From positions 1 to 61,403 of the forward strand of contig NZ_CAISIQ010000288.1 of assembly GCF_903885465.1 (NCBI RefSeq): DNA of 61,403 nucleotides, given 5' to 3'. Below the pieces are notes generated by a model. That model was not told the origin of the DNA, did not search any database, and saw only the letters and a list, made by a program, of their open reading frames with translations. Source of the stretch: an uncultured Nevskia sp. (GTDB lineage Bacteria > Pseudomonadota > Gammaproteobacteria > Nevskiales > Nevskiaceae). Made by a program: the position numbers and the translations under genes. Numbering within the stretch: position 1 is the first letter of the stretch; every line of letters starts with the position of its first letter. Shown piece after piece: positions 9,729-17,890 of the stretch.

Positions 9729-10331
9729 TCAGGCAGCCAGCTTGGCAATGGCGTCGTTGGCTTTGCTGATCGCGGCGTCCTTCTGCTCCGGACCATAGGC
9801 GATCCCTTCGGCGTAGACGAACTCGACGTCGGTGATGCCGATGAAGCGCAGGAAATCCCGCACATAGCTGGTCTGGGTGTCGAGCGGGGTGCCGACGTAC
9901 AGGCCACCGCGGGTCGCGAACACATAGGCCTTCTTGCCGGTTACCAGACCCACCGGGCCTTCGGCGGTGTAGCGGAAGGTTTCACCAGCGCGAGCGATAT
10001 GGTCGATCCAGCTCTTCAGCTGCGAGGGCACGCCGAAGTTGTACATCGGCAGGCCGAGCACCAGCACGTCGGCCGACTTCAGCTCGGCGATCAGGGCATC
10101 GGAATAGGCGATGACGCTGTTCTGCTCGGCGGTGCGCTCGGTGGCCGGCGTGGTGAACGCGGCGAAGCGGCGGCCATCGAGATGCGGGACAGGATCGCTG
10201 GCGACATCACGAACCACCTTGCTGCTGCCCGGATGGGCGGCGAGATAAGTGGCGACGAAGCGGTCGGCGAGCTGGCTGGACTGGCCGTGGCCGGCGAACA
10301 GGCTGGCGTTGATCTGGAGCAGGGTGGTCAT
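9729..10331 (-). CDS. azoR: FMN-dependent NADH-azoreductase
   Basis: PMYNFGVPSQLKSWIDHIARAG, TRGGLY, FIGITDVEFVYAEG. Confidence 0.93.
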   Translation of the reverse strand: MTTLLQINASLFAGHGQSSQLADRFVATYLAAHPGSSKVVRDVASDPVPHLDGRRFAAFTTPATERTAEQNSVIAYSDALIAELKSADVLVLGLPMYNFGVPSQLKSWIDHIARAGETFRYTAEGPVGLVTGKKAYVFATRGGLYVGTPLDTQTSYVRDFLRFIGITDVEFVYAEGIAYGPEQKDAAISKANDAIAKLAA

Positions 10332-10440
10332 GGTGTGTCTCCTGAAGCTGTGTTAGCTGTGTTTGGGGGGGTACGTGTTTGGTGCGAGCATTTGACGATT
10401 GATTGATGAGATAAAAAAGCATAAGTTTTCGCGCTTAATC

Positions 10441-10455
10441 ATCGAATGATTCGAT
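10441..10455. promoter_or_regulatory. Probable LysR binding site
   Basis: Palindrome ATCGAAT-G-ATTCGAT containing T-N11-A in the divergent azoR/lysR intergenic region. Confidence 0.55.
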
Positions 10456-10468
10456 CATAGAGTTCGCC

Positions 10469-11437
10469 ATGGCGACGCCCCGCATCACCCTCGAGCAGTG
10501 GCGCGCGCTGATGCAGGTCGTCGATTCCGGCGGTTACGCGCAGGCGGCCGAGGCGCTGCACAAGAGCCAGTCGGCGATCACCTACGCCGTGCAGCAGATC
10601 GAGTCCCGCCTCGGCGTCAAAGCCTTCGAGGTGCAGGGCCGCAAAGCGGTGCTGACCGCCACCGGGCAATTGCTCTATCGCCGCGCCAAGGCCTTGCTCG
10701 ATGAAGCCGCCGGACTGGAGCGCGCCGCCGGTCAGCTATCCGCCGGCTGGGAAGCCGAGCTGCGGCTGGCGGTGGAAGTGATCTTCCCGAACCGGGTGCT
10801 GCTGCCGGCGCTGGCAGCGTTCGGCGAGGTCAGCCCGCATACGCGCATCGAGCTGATCGAATCGGTGATCGGTGGCACGTCCGAGGCGTTGCTGACCGGC
10901 AAGGTCGATCTCGCGATCGCGCCGGTGATTCCGCAGGGCTTTCTCGGCGAGCCGCTGATGCCGCTCAAGTTCCTGCCGGTGGCGCATCCGGATCACCCGC
11001 TGCACCAGCTCGGCCGGCCGCTGACCTCGACCGATCTGCGCAATCACCGTCACCTTGTCGTTCGCGATTCCGGCGCCGCCCGCGATCCCGGCCAGGTTTC
11101 GCACGATGCCAAGCAGCGCTGGGTGGTCAGCCAGATGTCGACCTCGATCCAGGCGGTGGCGATGGGCTACGGCTTCGCCTGGTTCCCGGAGGAAAAGATC
11201 ACCGACGAACTGGCCGCCGGCCGGCTCAAGGCACTACCACTGCGTGATGGTGGCGAGCGGCATCTGACCCTCTATCTGATCTTCGCCGACCGCGACTACG
11301 CCGGCCCCGGCCTGCTCAAGCTCGCCGAAATCCTCAGTGAAACGGCAGCGGCCAACTGCGCCGCCGTACGCGCCGAAGCCGCCGCCGCCGGGCATACTTC
11401 AAGGACCCAAAAAAACACGAGGAGGAGTGCGACATGA
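10469..11437 (+). CDS. LysR family transcriptional regulator
   Basis: N-terminal HTH GGYAQAAEALHKSQSAITYAVQQIE; divergent from azoR-doxX-pirin. Confidence 0.93.
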   Translation: MATPRITLEQWRALMQVVDSGGYAQAAEALHKSQSAITYAVQQIESRLGVKAFEVQGRKAVLTATGQLLYRRAKALLDEAAGLERAAGQLSAGWEAELRLAVEVIFPNRVLLPALAAFGEVSPHTRIELIESVIGGTSEALLTGKVDLAIAPVIPQGFLGEPLMPLKFLPVAHPDHPLHQLGRPLTSTDLRNHRHLVVRDSGAARDPGQVSHDAKQRWVVSQMSTSIQAVAMGYGFAWFPEEKITDELAAGRLKALPLRDGGERHLTLYLIFADRDYAGPGLLKLAEILSETAAANCAAVRAEAAAAGHTSRTQKNTRRSAT

Positions 11438-11841
11438 ATATCGAAGGTGGCTGTTACTGCGGCGCCGTCCGTTACCGCGCCGAAGCCGAACCGCAGATGC
11501 GTGCGCAGTGCCATTGCCGCGAATGCCAGTACATCAGCGGCGGTAGCCCGAATGTCATCGTCGGCCTGCCGGAAGCACAGTTTTCGTACGTGAAGGGCAA
11601 GCCGGTGGTGTTCAAGCGCAGCGATCTGGATCAGCCGGTGATCCGCGAATTCTGCGGCGCCTGCGGTACGCCGCTGACTTCACGTGCGCCGAGCGTCCCC
11701 GGCGTCGTGCTGATCAAGGTCGGCTCGCTCGACAAGCCGGACCTGTTCGGCAAGGCCGACTTCGTGGTCTTCACGATCGACAAGCAGAGCTTCCACGCGC
11801 TGCCGGAAGGCGTGCCCGCGTTCGAGCGGATGCCGGCGTAA
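11434..11841 (+). CDS. GFA (CENP-V) family protein
   Basis: [26 protein letters not shown]. Confidence 0.9.
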   Translation: MNIEGGCYCGAVRYRAEAEPQMRAQCHCRECQYISGGSPNVIVGLPEAQFSYVKGKPVVFKRSDLDQPVIREFCGACGTPLTSRAPSVPGVVLIKVGSLDKPDLFGKADFVVFTIDKQSFHALPEGVPAFERMPA

Positions 11842-11873
11842 AACCAGTGACATCCGCAGCTGGCGCCCCAGCA

Positions 11874-12137
11874 ATGGCAATTCAATGCCGCGCCGGCTGC
11901 GGAGCCTGCTGCATCGCGCCGTCGATCTCCTCGCCGATCCCCGGCATGCCGCTCGGCAAGCCAGCGGGCGTGCGTTGCGTGCAACTGCTGGACGACGAAC
12001 GCTGCGCGATCTTCGGCGACCCGCGCCGGCCCGCGGTCTGCGCCGGGCTCAAGCCCAGTGCCGAGATGTGCGGGGTCAGCCGCGCGCAGGCGCTGTCCTT
12101 TCTCGGCCGGCTGGAGCAGGCCACCGCGCCTGGCTGA
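11874..12137 (+). CDS. YkgJ family cysteine-cluster protein
   Basis: [21 protein letters not shown]; start 11874 or 11847. Confidence 0.85.
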   Translation: MAIQCRAGCGACCIAPSISSPIPGMPLGKPAGVRCVQLLDDERCAIFGDPRRPAVCAGLKPSAEMCGVSRAQALSFLGRLEQATAPG

Positions 12138-12146
12138 AGCCGTCGC

Positions 12147-12710
12147 TTACTTGGCGTCGGACGCGTTCTTGCCCTTGTCGCCGCCATGGCGATGCACGGC
12201 GATCAGATCGATCTCGACCAGCGCACCCGGCAGCACCAGACCCGCGACCTTGACCGTCGAACGCGCCGGCTTGTTCGGCTGCGCAGGCGCGCCGAACACC
12301 GTCGAGAACGCCGCGTTCATGCCGGCGAAATCGATTTCGCCGCCCGTGGCCGGATCGCCGACCAGGTAGACGGTGGCCGACACCACGTCACCGTAGCCAA
12401 GCCCGAGCGACTTCAGCGTGTCGCCAAGCTTCTTCAGCACCGATGCAGTCTGGGTTTCGGTATTGCCGTAGGCCTCTACAGTTCCCTTCGGTGCCTGGGC
12501 ATTGGCGACATCGGGCAGATTGCCGCTCAGATAGGTCGTCGAATAGCCGTGCGGCACGGTCACCGCGGCGGCGATCGGAAACTTGGGATCGCCGATCGAG
12601 GTGCGCGTGACTTCGTCGTGCGCCTGCACGGCAAAGCCGGTGGACAGCAGCACGCCGGCAGCGAGCCAGGACAGCGTGCGGCGACGGCGGGACAGGGAAG
12701 GGTTGGTCAT
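12147..12710 (-). CDS. RidA/YjgF family protein with N-terminal signal peptide
   Basis: TYLSG, PARSTV, LVEIDLIA; N-terminus SRRRRTL plus hydrophobic stretch plus VQA cleavage-like site. Confidence 0.85.
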   Translation of the reverse strand: MTNPSLSRRRRTLSWLAAGVLLSTGFAVQAHDEVTRTSIGDPKFPIAAAVTVPHGYSTTYLSGNLPDVANAQAPKGTVEAYGNTETQTASVLKKLGDTLKSLGLGYGDVVSATVYLVGDPATGGEIDFAGMNAAFSTVFGAPAQPNKPARSTVKVAGLVLPGALVEIDLIAVHRHGGDKGKNASDAK

Positions 12711-12748
12711 GGGTCTAGCTCCTCGTTCTTTCGTTTGTCGTTCTGGTG

Positions 12749-14302
12749 TCAGGCGGCAGCATTGCGTTCGGCGATCAGCTTCAGCACCCGGTGTGCGGAC
12801 TGCGCCGAGCCTTCCTGCCAGCCGCTGATGTGGCTCATGTGCTCGCCGGCAAGATAGACGCGACCGTCCGGCTGGTCGAGCAGACGATAGACCGCGTTGT
12901 AAGGCTCTTCCCAGTGCGTCCACGGCGCCAGGTTGTAGGGCACGTGATTCCAGGCCACGGTGAGGCCGCGCGCCAGCAATCGCGAGCGTCCGGGAAACAA
13001 GGCTTCGATGGCATCGCGCGAAGCCTGCAGCCTTTGCGGAATGCTCTGCTGCATGAAGCGCAGCGCCACCTCGTCGAAGTTGTAGCAGCCGATCAGCACG
13101 CCGCTGGGCTGGAAGTAGCCGCCGCTGGGATACCAGATCAGCTGCACGTCGCGCTTGACGAAGCTCAGGCCGCCGTAGATCTGGCGATCGGTCTCCCAGA
13201 AGCGCGGTGACTCCCAGGCGATCTTGTTGGCGCCGCCGGATGGAATCTGCCGGATGCCATCGGCGAACGGCTTGGAGAAATTGCTCGGCACGTTTTCCAG
13301 TACCCGCGGCGGAATGGTGCAGATGCAGTAGTCGGCAGTGACCGTCTGCACCCGGCCGGTCTTCTTGTCGCGGTAGACGATCTTCACGTCCCGCTCGCCG
13401 TTGCGGATTTCCTTCACTTCGCTGCCGAGGCGGACCACCGATTTCAGCCGCTCGTGGAAGGCCTTCGGGATGCGATCCATGCCGCCGACCGGCTGGAACA
13501 TGGTCGGCTGCATCTCGAAGGTATCGTCGAACATCGGGCCCTGCCAGAAAACCGGGTCGAGCAGGGTCGGCAGGCTCAGCGGCTCGCGCAGCACACCGAC
13601 CGCATCGCCGGCGGTGGGAAAGGCGCTGTAACCGGCGCGGCTCGAGCCTGCGTAATGCAGGTTCTTGTCGAGATTGCCGTAGCCGCTCAGGAAGCCGAGA
13701 AAGCTTTCGACATCGACGCCGGTCAGTTCCTGGTCGAGCGCGTGCTGGCTGGTGCACTTGGCCAGCAGTTCGGAAACCTGGCCGCGCATGTCATGCACCG
13801 CCTGGCGCATCTCGATCGGCTTGCCGCCGTTGGCGCTATCCGACTGCAGCAGCGCGCTGCGGCTCATGTTCACTTCCACTTCCAGCGGCACGCCGAACTC
13901 GCGGCAATAGCCGAGGATGGTCTGGTGGTGGCTGGGCAGCCGCGCCGGGCCGGCGTTGAAGTAGTGGCCGTCGTCGAACTCGCAGGTTTGCCGGCTGCCA
14001 TCGTCCATCTCGATGCGATCGCCCTTGCGCACCGTCCAGTTGCGGCCGCCGACTCTGTCGCGCGCTTCGAGCACGATGCACTGGTAGCCGGCCTTGCCCA
14101 GTTCCCAGGCCGAGACCAGCCCGGCGATGCCGGCGCCGAGGATCACCACCTTGCGACCTCGGCCGCTGCCGGCCGTCAGCTGTGGCGTGGTGGCGAGGCT
14201 CGGCATGGCCACCAGCCCGAGCGCACGCATCGCGCTCCAGGCCGCTTTACGGCCCCCGGCCGCAGCGAGTGCAGTGACGAACTGACGACGGCTGATCGGC
14301 AT
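12749..14302 (-). CDS. Tat-exported flavin monoamine oxidase / L-amino acid oxidase family
   Basis: SRRQFV Tat motif, GAGIAGL, EARDRVGGR, AGEH..GWQEG. Confidence 0.9.
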   Translation of the reverse strand: MPISRRQFVTALAAAGGRKAAWSAMRALGLVAMPSLATTPQLTAGSGRGRKVVILGAGIAGLVSAWELGKAGYQCIVLEARDRVGGRNWTVRKGDRIEMDDGSRQTCEFDDGHYFNAGPARLPSHHQTILGYCREFGVPLEVEVNMSRSALLQSDSANGGKPIEMRQAVHDMRGQVSELLAKCTSQHALDQELTGVDVESFLGFLSGYGNLDKNLHYAGSSRAGYSAFPTAGDAVGVLREPLSLPTLLDPVFWQGPMFDDTFEMQPTMFQPVGGMDRIPKAFHERLKSVVRLGSEVKEIRNGERDVKIVYRDKKTGRVQTVTADYCICTIPPRVLENVPSNFSKPFADGIRQIPSGGANKIAWESPRFWETDRQIYGGLSFVKRDVQLIWYPSGGYFQPSGVLIGCYNFDEVALRFMQQSIPQRLQASRDAIEALFPGRSRLLARGLTVAWNHVPYNLAPWTHWEEPYNAVYRLLDQPDGRVYLAGEHMSHISGWQEGSAQSAHRVLKLIAERNAAA

Positions 14303-14390
14303 GGCGCATTTCCCCGGCCCGGAAGCCCGGGCAACGGGAAAGCGGCAGCGAAATTCGTGCCGCGCTGCTGCTGGTTCAGCGGATCAGCGC

Positions 14391-14415
14391 GTAGGGCGGC
14401 CCATGGCCGCCCTAC
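14391..14415. repeat. Collapsed GTAG-family REP palindrome
   Basis: GTAGGGCGGCCCATGGCCGCCCTAC; first 21 nt identical to the reverse complement of 30029-30049. Confidence 0.7.
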
Positions 14416-14423
14416 GAAGCGGG

Positions 14424-14453
14424 TCTCCTTCCCCCGCTAGTGGGAGAAGGAGA
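14424..14453. repeat. Stem-loop TCTCCTTCCCCC...GGGAGAAGGAGA
   Basis: Inverted repeat just past the ABC-F stop codon; REP-like or terminator-like. Confidence 0.45.
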
Positions 14454-14459
14454 GCCACA

Positions 14460-16328
14460 TCAAGCGCTCAAGGCTTCCAGCTGCTCATTCGCAGCAATCC
14501 ACTCTTCTTCCGTCTCGGCCAGTTTCTTCTTGGCCGCCGCCTGCTCTTTCTGGAGCTTGGTGAAATCCCATTTCTTCTCCGGCGCATACAGCGCCGGATC
14601 GGCGAGCTTCACGGTCAGCGTGTCGACGTCCTTGGTCAGCTTGGCCATGGTCTGGTCGAGCTTGCGCACGGTGTCTTTCAGCGCCTTGGTCTGGGCGGCG
14701 ATTTCTTCGGCGCTTTTCTGTGGCTTCTTGTCCTTCTTCTTGCCGCTGCCCGGGTTCAGCTCCCGCGAGTTCAGCCATTTGGCGTAATCGTCGAGATCGC
14801 CCACGAACGGCCGGCAGCCGCCTTCGGCAACCAGCCACAGCTGGTCGCAGGTCGAGGTCAGCAGATGGCGATCATGGGAGACCACCATCACCGCGCCGAC
14901 GAACTCGAGCATCGCGGTCTCGAGCGCATGACGCATGTCGAGATCGAGATGGTTGGTCGGTTCGTCGAGCAGCAACAGATTCGGCTTCTGGTACACAACC
15001 ATCGCCAGCGCCAGACGCGCCTTCTCGCCACCGGAAAACGGTTCGACGTTCTCGTAGACGCGATCGCCCTTGAAGTTGAAGCCACCGAGGAAGCCGCGCA
15101 GGTTCTGCTCGGTCGCGGTCGGGTCGATGCGCTTCAGGTGCAGGATCGGCGAGGCGTTCGGATCGAGGCTGTCGGTGGTGTGCTGGGCGAAGTAGCCGAC
15201 TCTCAGATAACCGTCGCGCATCGCATCGCCCTTCAGTGGCGGGATGGCGCCGGCGATGGTCTGCACGAGTGTGGATTTGCCGGCGCCGTTCGGGCCGAGC
15301 AGGCCGATGCGCTCGCCGGGGGCGATCAGCATCCGCACGTTCTTCAGCACCACCTTTTCGCCGTAGCCGCAGACCACGTCGTCGAAGCGCACCAGCGGCG
15401 ACGGCAGGCGATCCGGCTCGGAGAACGAGAATGAAAACTCGGAATCGGCATGCACCGCCGACACCAGTTCCATGCGCTCCAGCGCCTTGATGCGGCTCTG
15501 CGCCTGGGTGGCTTTCGCAGCACTGGCGCGGAAGCGGTTGATGAACTTCTGCAGATGGGCAACCTGCTTCTGCTGCTTGGCGAACATGCCTGCCTGCAGG
15601 GTCAGCTTCTCGGCGCGGGTGCGCTCGAAGGTCGAGTAGTTGCCGGTATAGAGCGTCGCCTTGGTGCCTTCCAGATGCAGCGTGTGCGTGGTGATGGCGT
15701 CGAGGAACTCGCGATCATGCGAGATCACCATCATCGTGCCCGGATAGGTGCTGAGCCAGCTCTGCAGCCAGATCACGGCATCGAGATCGAGATGGTTGGT
15801 GGGCTCGTCGAGCAGCAGCACGTCGGAGCGGCACATCAGCGCGCGGGCCAGATTCAGACGCATGCGCCAGCCGCCGGAGAAATCGGCGACGGCGGTCTGC
15901 TGCGCTTCCTGAGAGAAACCCAGGCCATGCAGCAGCGCGGCGGCACGAGCGCGGGCGGCATAACCGCTGATATCGTTCAGGCGCTCGTGGATGGCGCTGA
16001 TCTTGTCGATGTCCAGCGCGTCCTCGGCCTTGACCAGGCGCCGCTCCAGTTCGCGCAGCTCGACATCGCCATCGAGCGCGAACTCGATCGCCAGATCGGG
16101 CAGGGACGGCGTGTCCTGGGCCACGGTGGCGACCGCGAGGTTCTTCAGCGAGCTCAGCTCACCCTTGTCCGGCGCCAGCTGACCGAGCACGGCCGCGAAC
16201 AGGGTCGACTTGCCGGTGCCGTTACGGCCGATGACGCCGCAGCGCCAGCCCGGATGGATCGTGAAATTGGCATCTTCAAGCAGCGGACGCGGTCCACGGC
16301 GAAGGGTGAGGCGAGAGGCGGAGATCAT
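14460..16328 (-). CDS. ABC-F family ATPase (YheS-like)
   Basis: Two NBDs (GRNGTGKST/FSGGW/DEPTNHLD and GPNGAGKST/FSGGEK), no TM segments, C-terminal coiled coil. Confidence 0.92.
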   Translation of the reverse strand: MISASRLTLRRGPRPLLEDANFTIHPGWRCGVIGRNGTGKSTLFAAVLGQLAPDKGELSSLKNLAVATVAQDTPSLPDLAIEFALDGDVELRELERRLVKAEDALDIDKISAIHERLNDISGYAARARAAALLHGLGFSQEAQQTAVADFSGGWRMRLNLARALMCRSDVLLLDEPTNHLDLDAVIWLQSWLSTYPGTMMVISHDREFLDAITTHTLHLEGTKATLYTGNYSTFERTRAEKLTLQAGMFAKQQKQVAHLQKFINRFRASAAKATQAQSRIKALERMELVSAVHADSEFSFSFSEPDRLPSPLVRFDDVVCGYGEKVVLKNVRMLIAPGERIGLLGPNGAGKSTLVQTIAGAIPPLKGDAMRDGYLRVGYFAQHTTDSLDPNASPILHLKRIDPTATEQNLRGFLGGFNFKGDRVYENVEPFSGGEKARLALAMVVYQKPNLLLLDEPTNHLDLDMRHALETAMLEFVGAVMVVSHDRHLLTSTCDQLWLVAEGGCRPFVGDLDDYAKWLNSRELNPGSGKKKDKKPQKSAEEIAAQTKALKDTVRKLDQTMAKLTKDVDTLTVKLADPALYAPEKKWDFTKLQKEQAAAKKKLAETEEEWIAANEQLEALSA

Positions 16329-16375
16329 CCGCGCAGTTTACCGGCTGGCGCGATTCTTGGTGCGCTGCAACAGGA

Positions 16376-17833
16376 TCAGCCCGGCTGCATCGCGTAAAGC
16401 TTGACCACCTCGTACAGAAAGCGCCGGCCATCGAGCAGGGATTTGACCCGGATACGCTCGTCCAGCCCGTGCGCGTGGCTGCCTTCGGCATCGTGGAACA
16501 TGCCGGACAGGCCATAGCTCGGAATGCCGGCGGCGTTCAGGAAGCGGCTGTCGGTGGCGCCGGTCGACATGGTCGGCACGAGAGCGGCAGTCGGCCACAG
16601 AGTTTTCGCGATCTTTTTCACCGGTTCGAGCATCGCGGCGGTCAGCGGCGGTGCCGGGCCGATTACCGCGTCCTCGCCGACCGTGCTGATGGCGATGCCA
16701 TCGTCGGCAAAGATCTGTTTCAGGCTCGCCTGCACCGCGGCCACAGGCACGCCGGGCAGGATGCGGCAATTGACGTTGGCCTGAGCCCGCTGCGGCAGCG
16801 CATTCGGCGCGTGGCCGGCGTTGACCTGGGTGGCCACGCAGGTGGTGCGCAGCATGCTGTTCCAGCCCGGGTTCAGCGACCACAGCGTTTCGGTTGCCGG
16901 GCCATCGACCGGATTGGCGAGCACTGCGCGCATCGCGCTCGCGGCTTCGGCCGGAACGATCTTCGACTGCGCTTCGAAATACGCCGTGGTGACCGGATTC
17001 AGCGCCAATGGAAACTGGTAGGCGCCCAGGCGGCTCAGCGCGGCACTGAGCCGGTAGATCGCGTTGTCGCGCACCGGTCGCGAACTGTGACCGCCGGTGT
17101 TGCTGATCTCGAGCTGGAAGTCCTGGTAGACCTTTTCGCCAGCCTGGATCTGCAGCACCGTCGGTTTGCCGCTGGCATCGAGTTCGCCGCCAGCGCCCTC
17201 GTTCAGGGCAAAGGCCGCCTTCAGTGCTTCCGGATGGGTCTTCAGCAGCCAGCTGACGCTGTTGTAGGTGTCCGCGGTTTCCTCGCCGCAGGTCAGCGCC
17301 AGCTTGATCGAGCGGCGTGGTTTGAAACCGCTCTGCTGATAGCGGATCAGGCTGTCGGTGAACACCGCCGCCATCGCCTTGTCGTCGCTCGCACCACGGG
17401 CGTAGAAGAAGCCGTTTTCCTCGACCAGGGTGAAAGGATCGCGCTTCCAGTCTTCGCGCTTCGCTTCGACGACATCGATATGCGCCAGCAGCAGGATCGG
17501 CAGGGCCTTGGCGTCATGGCCGCGCAGGACGGCTATCAACGAGCCGTCTTTCGGCCGCTCGGGCGGCGCCAGGATCTGCATGTCGGCAGCGGGCAGTCCG
17601 GCCGCTTGCAGGCGTGCCGCCATCGCCTCCGCGGCCTGCGTGCAACTGCCGACCGACAGCGTCGTGTTGATCTCGACCAGTTCCTTGTACAGCGCTCGGA
17701 ACGCGGGTTCGCTGGCGTCTGTGGCGGTTTGGGCTTGAGCCGGGATGCCAGCCAGCAGCATCAGGGCGGTCAGTGACGACGCCAGCAAGGCCGCTGGGCG
17801 CAGCCTGTGGAAGTGAGCGATATTCATCGGCAT
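16376..17833 (-). CDS. Secreted M20/M25/M40 family metallo-hydrolase
   Basis: Signal peptide, LAHIDVV, RGASDDK, GEE, NEG, GGHSS, HGLDE. Confidence 0.9.
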   Translation of the reverse strand: MPMNIAHFHRLRPAALLASSLTALMLLAGIPAQAQTATDASEPAFRALYKELVEINTTLSVGSCTQAAEAMAARLQAAGLPAADMQILAPPERPKDGSLIAVLRGHDAKALPILLLAHIDVVEAKREDWKRDPFTLVEENGFFYARGASDDKAMAAVFTDSLIRYQQSGFKPRRSIKLALTCGEETADTYNSVSWLLKTHPEALKAAFALNEGAGGELDASGKPTVLQIQAGEKVYQDFQLEISNTGGHSSRPVRDNAIYRLSAALSRLGAYQFPLALNPVTTAYFEAQSKIVPAEAASAMRAVLANPVDGPATETLWSLNPGWNSMLRTTCVATQVNAGHAPNALPQRAQANVNCRILPGVPVAAVQASLKQIFADDGIAISTVGEDAVIGPAPPLTAAMLEPVKKIAKTLWPTAALVPTMSTGATDSRFLNAAGIPSYGLSGMFHDAEGSHAHGLDERIRVKSLLDGRRFLYEVVKLYAMQPG

Positions 17834-17890
17834 TCCTGAAAGGCGGAGTTGCCGAAGTATCGCAAGGACGGTGCCGCGTGCTGCCTGTCG

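Noticed and set aside
12711-13757. N-terminal extension of the 536-aa ORF ending in RidA; likewise the extensions of ORFs 22844-24355, 33285-34418 and 34202-35872
   Set aside because: Out-of-frame overlaps with upstream genes; the real starts are internal.
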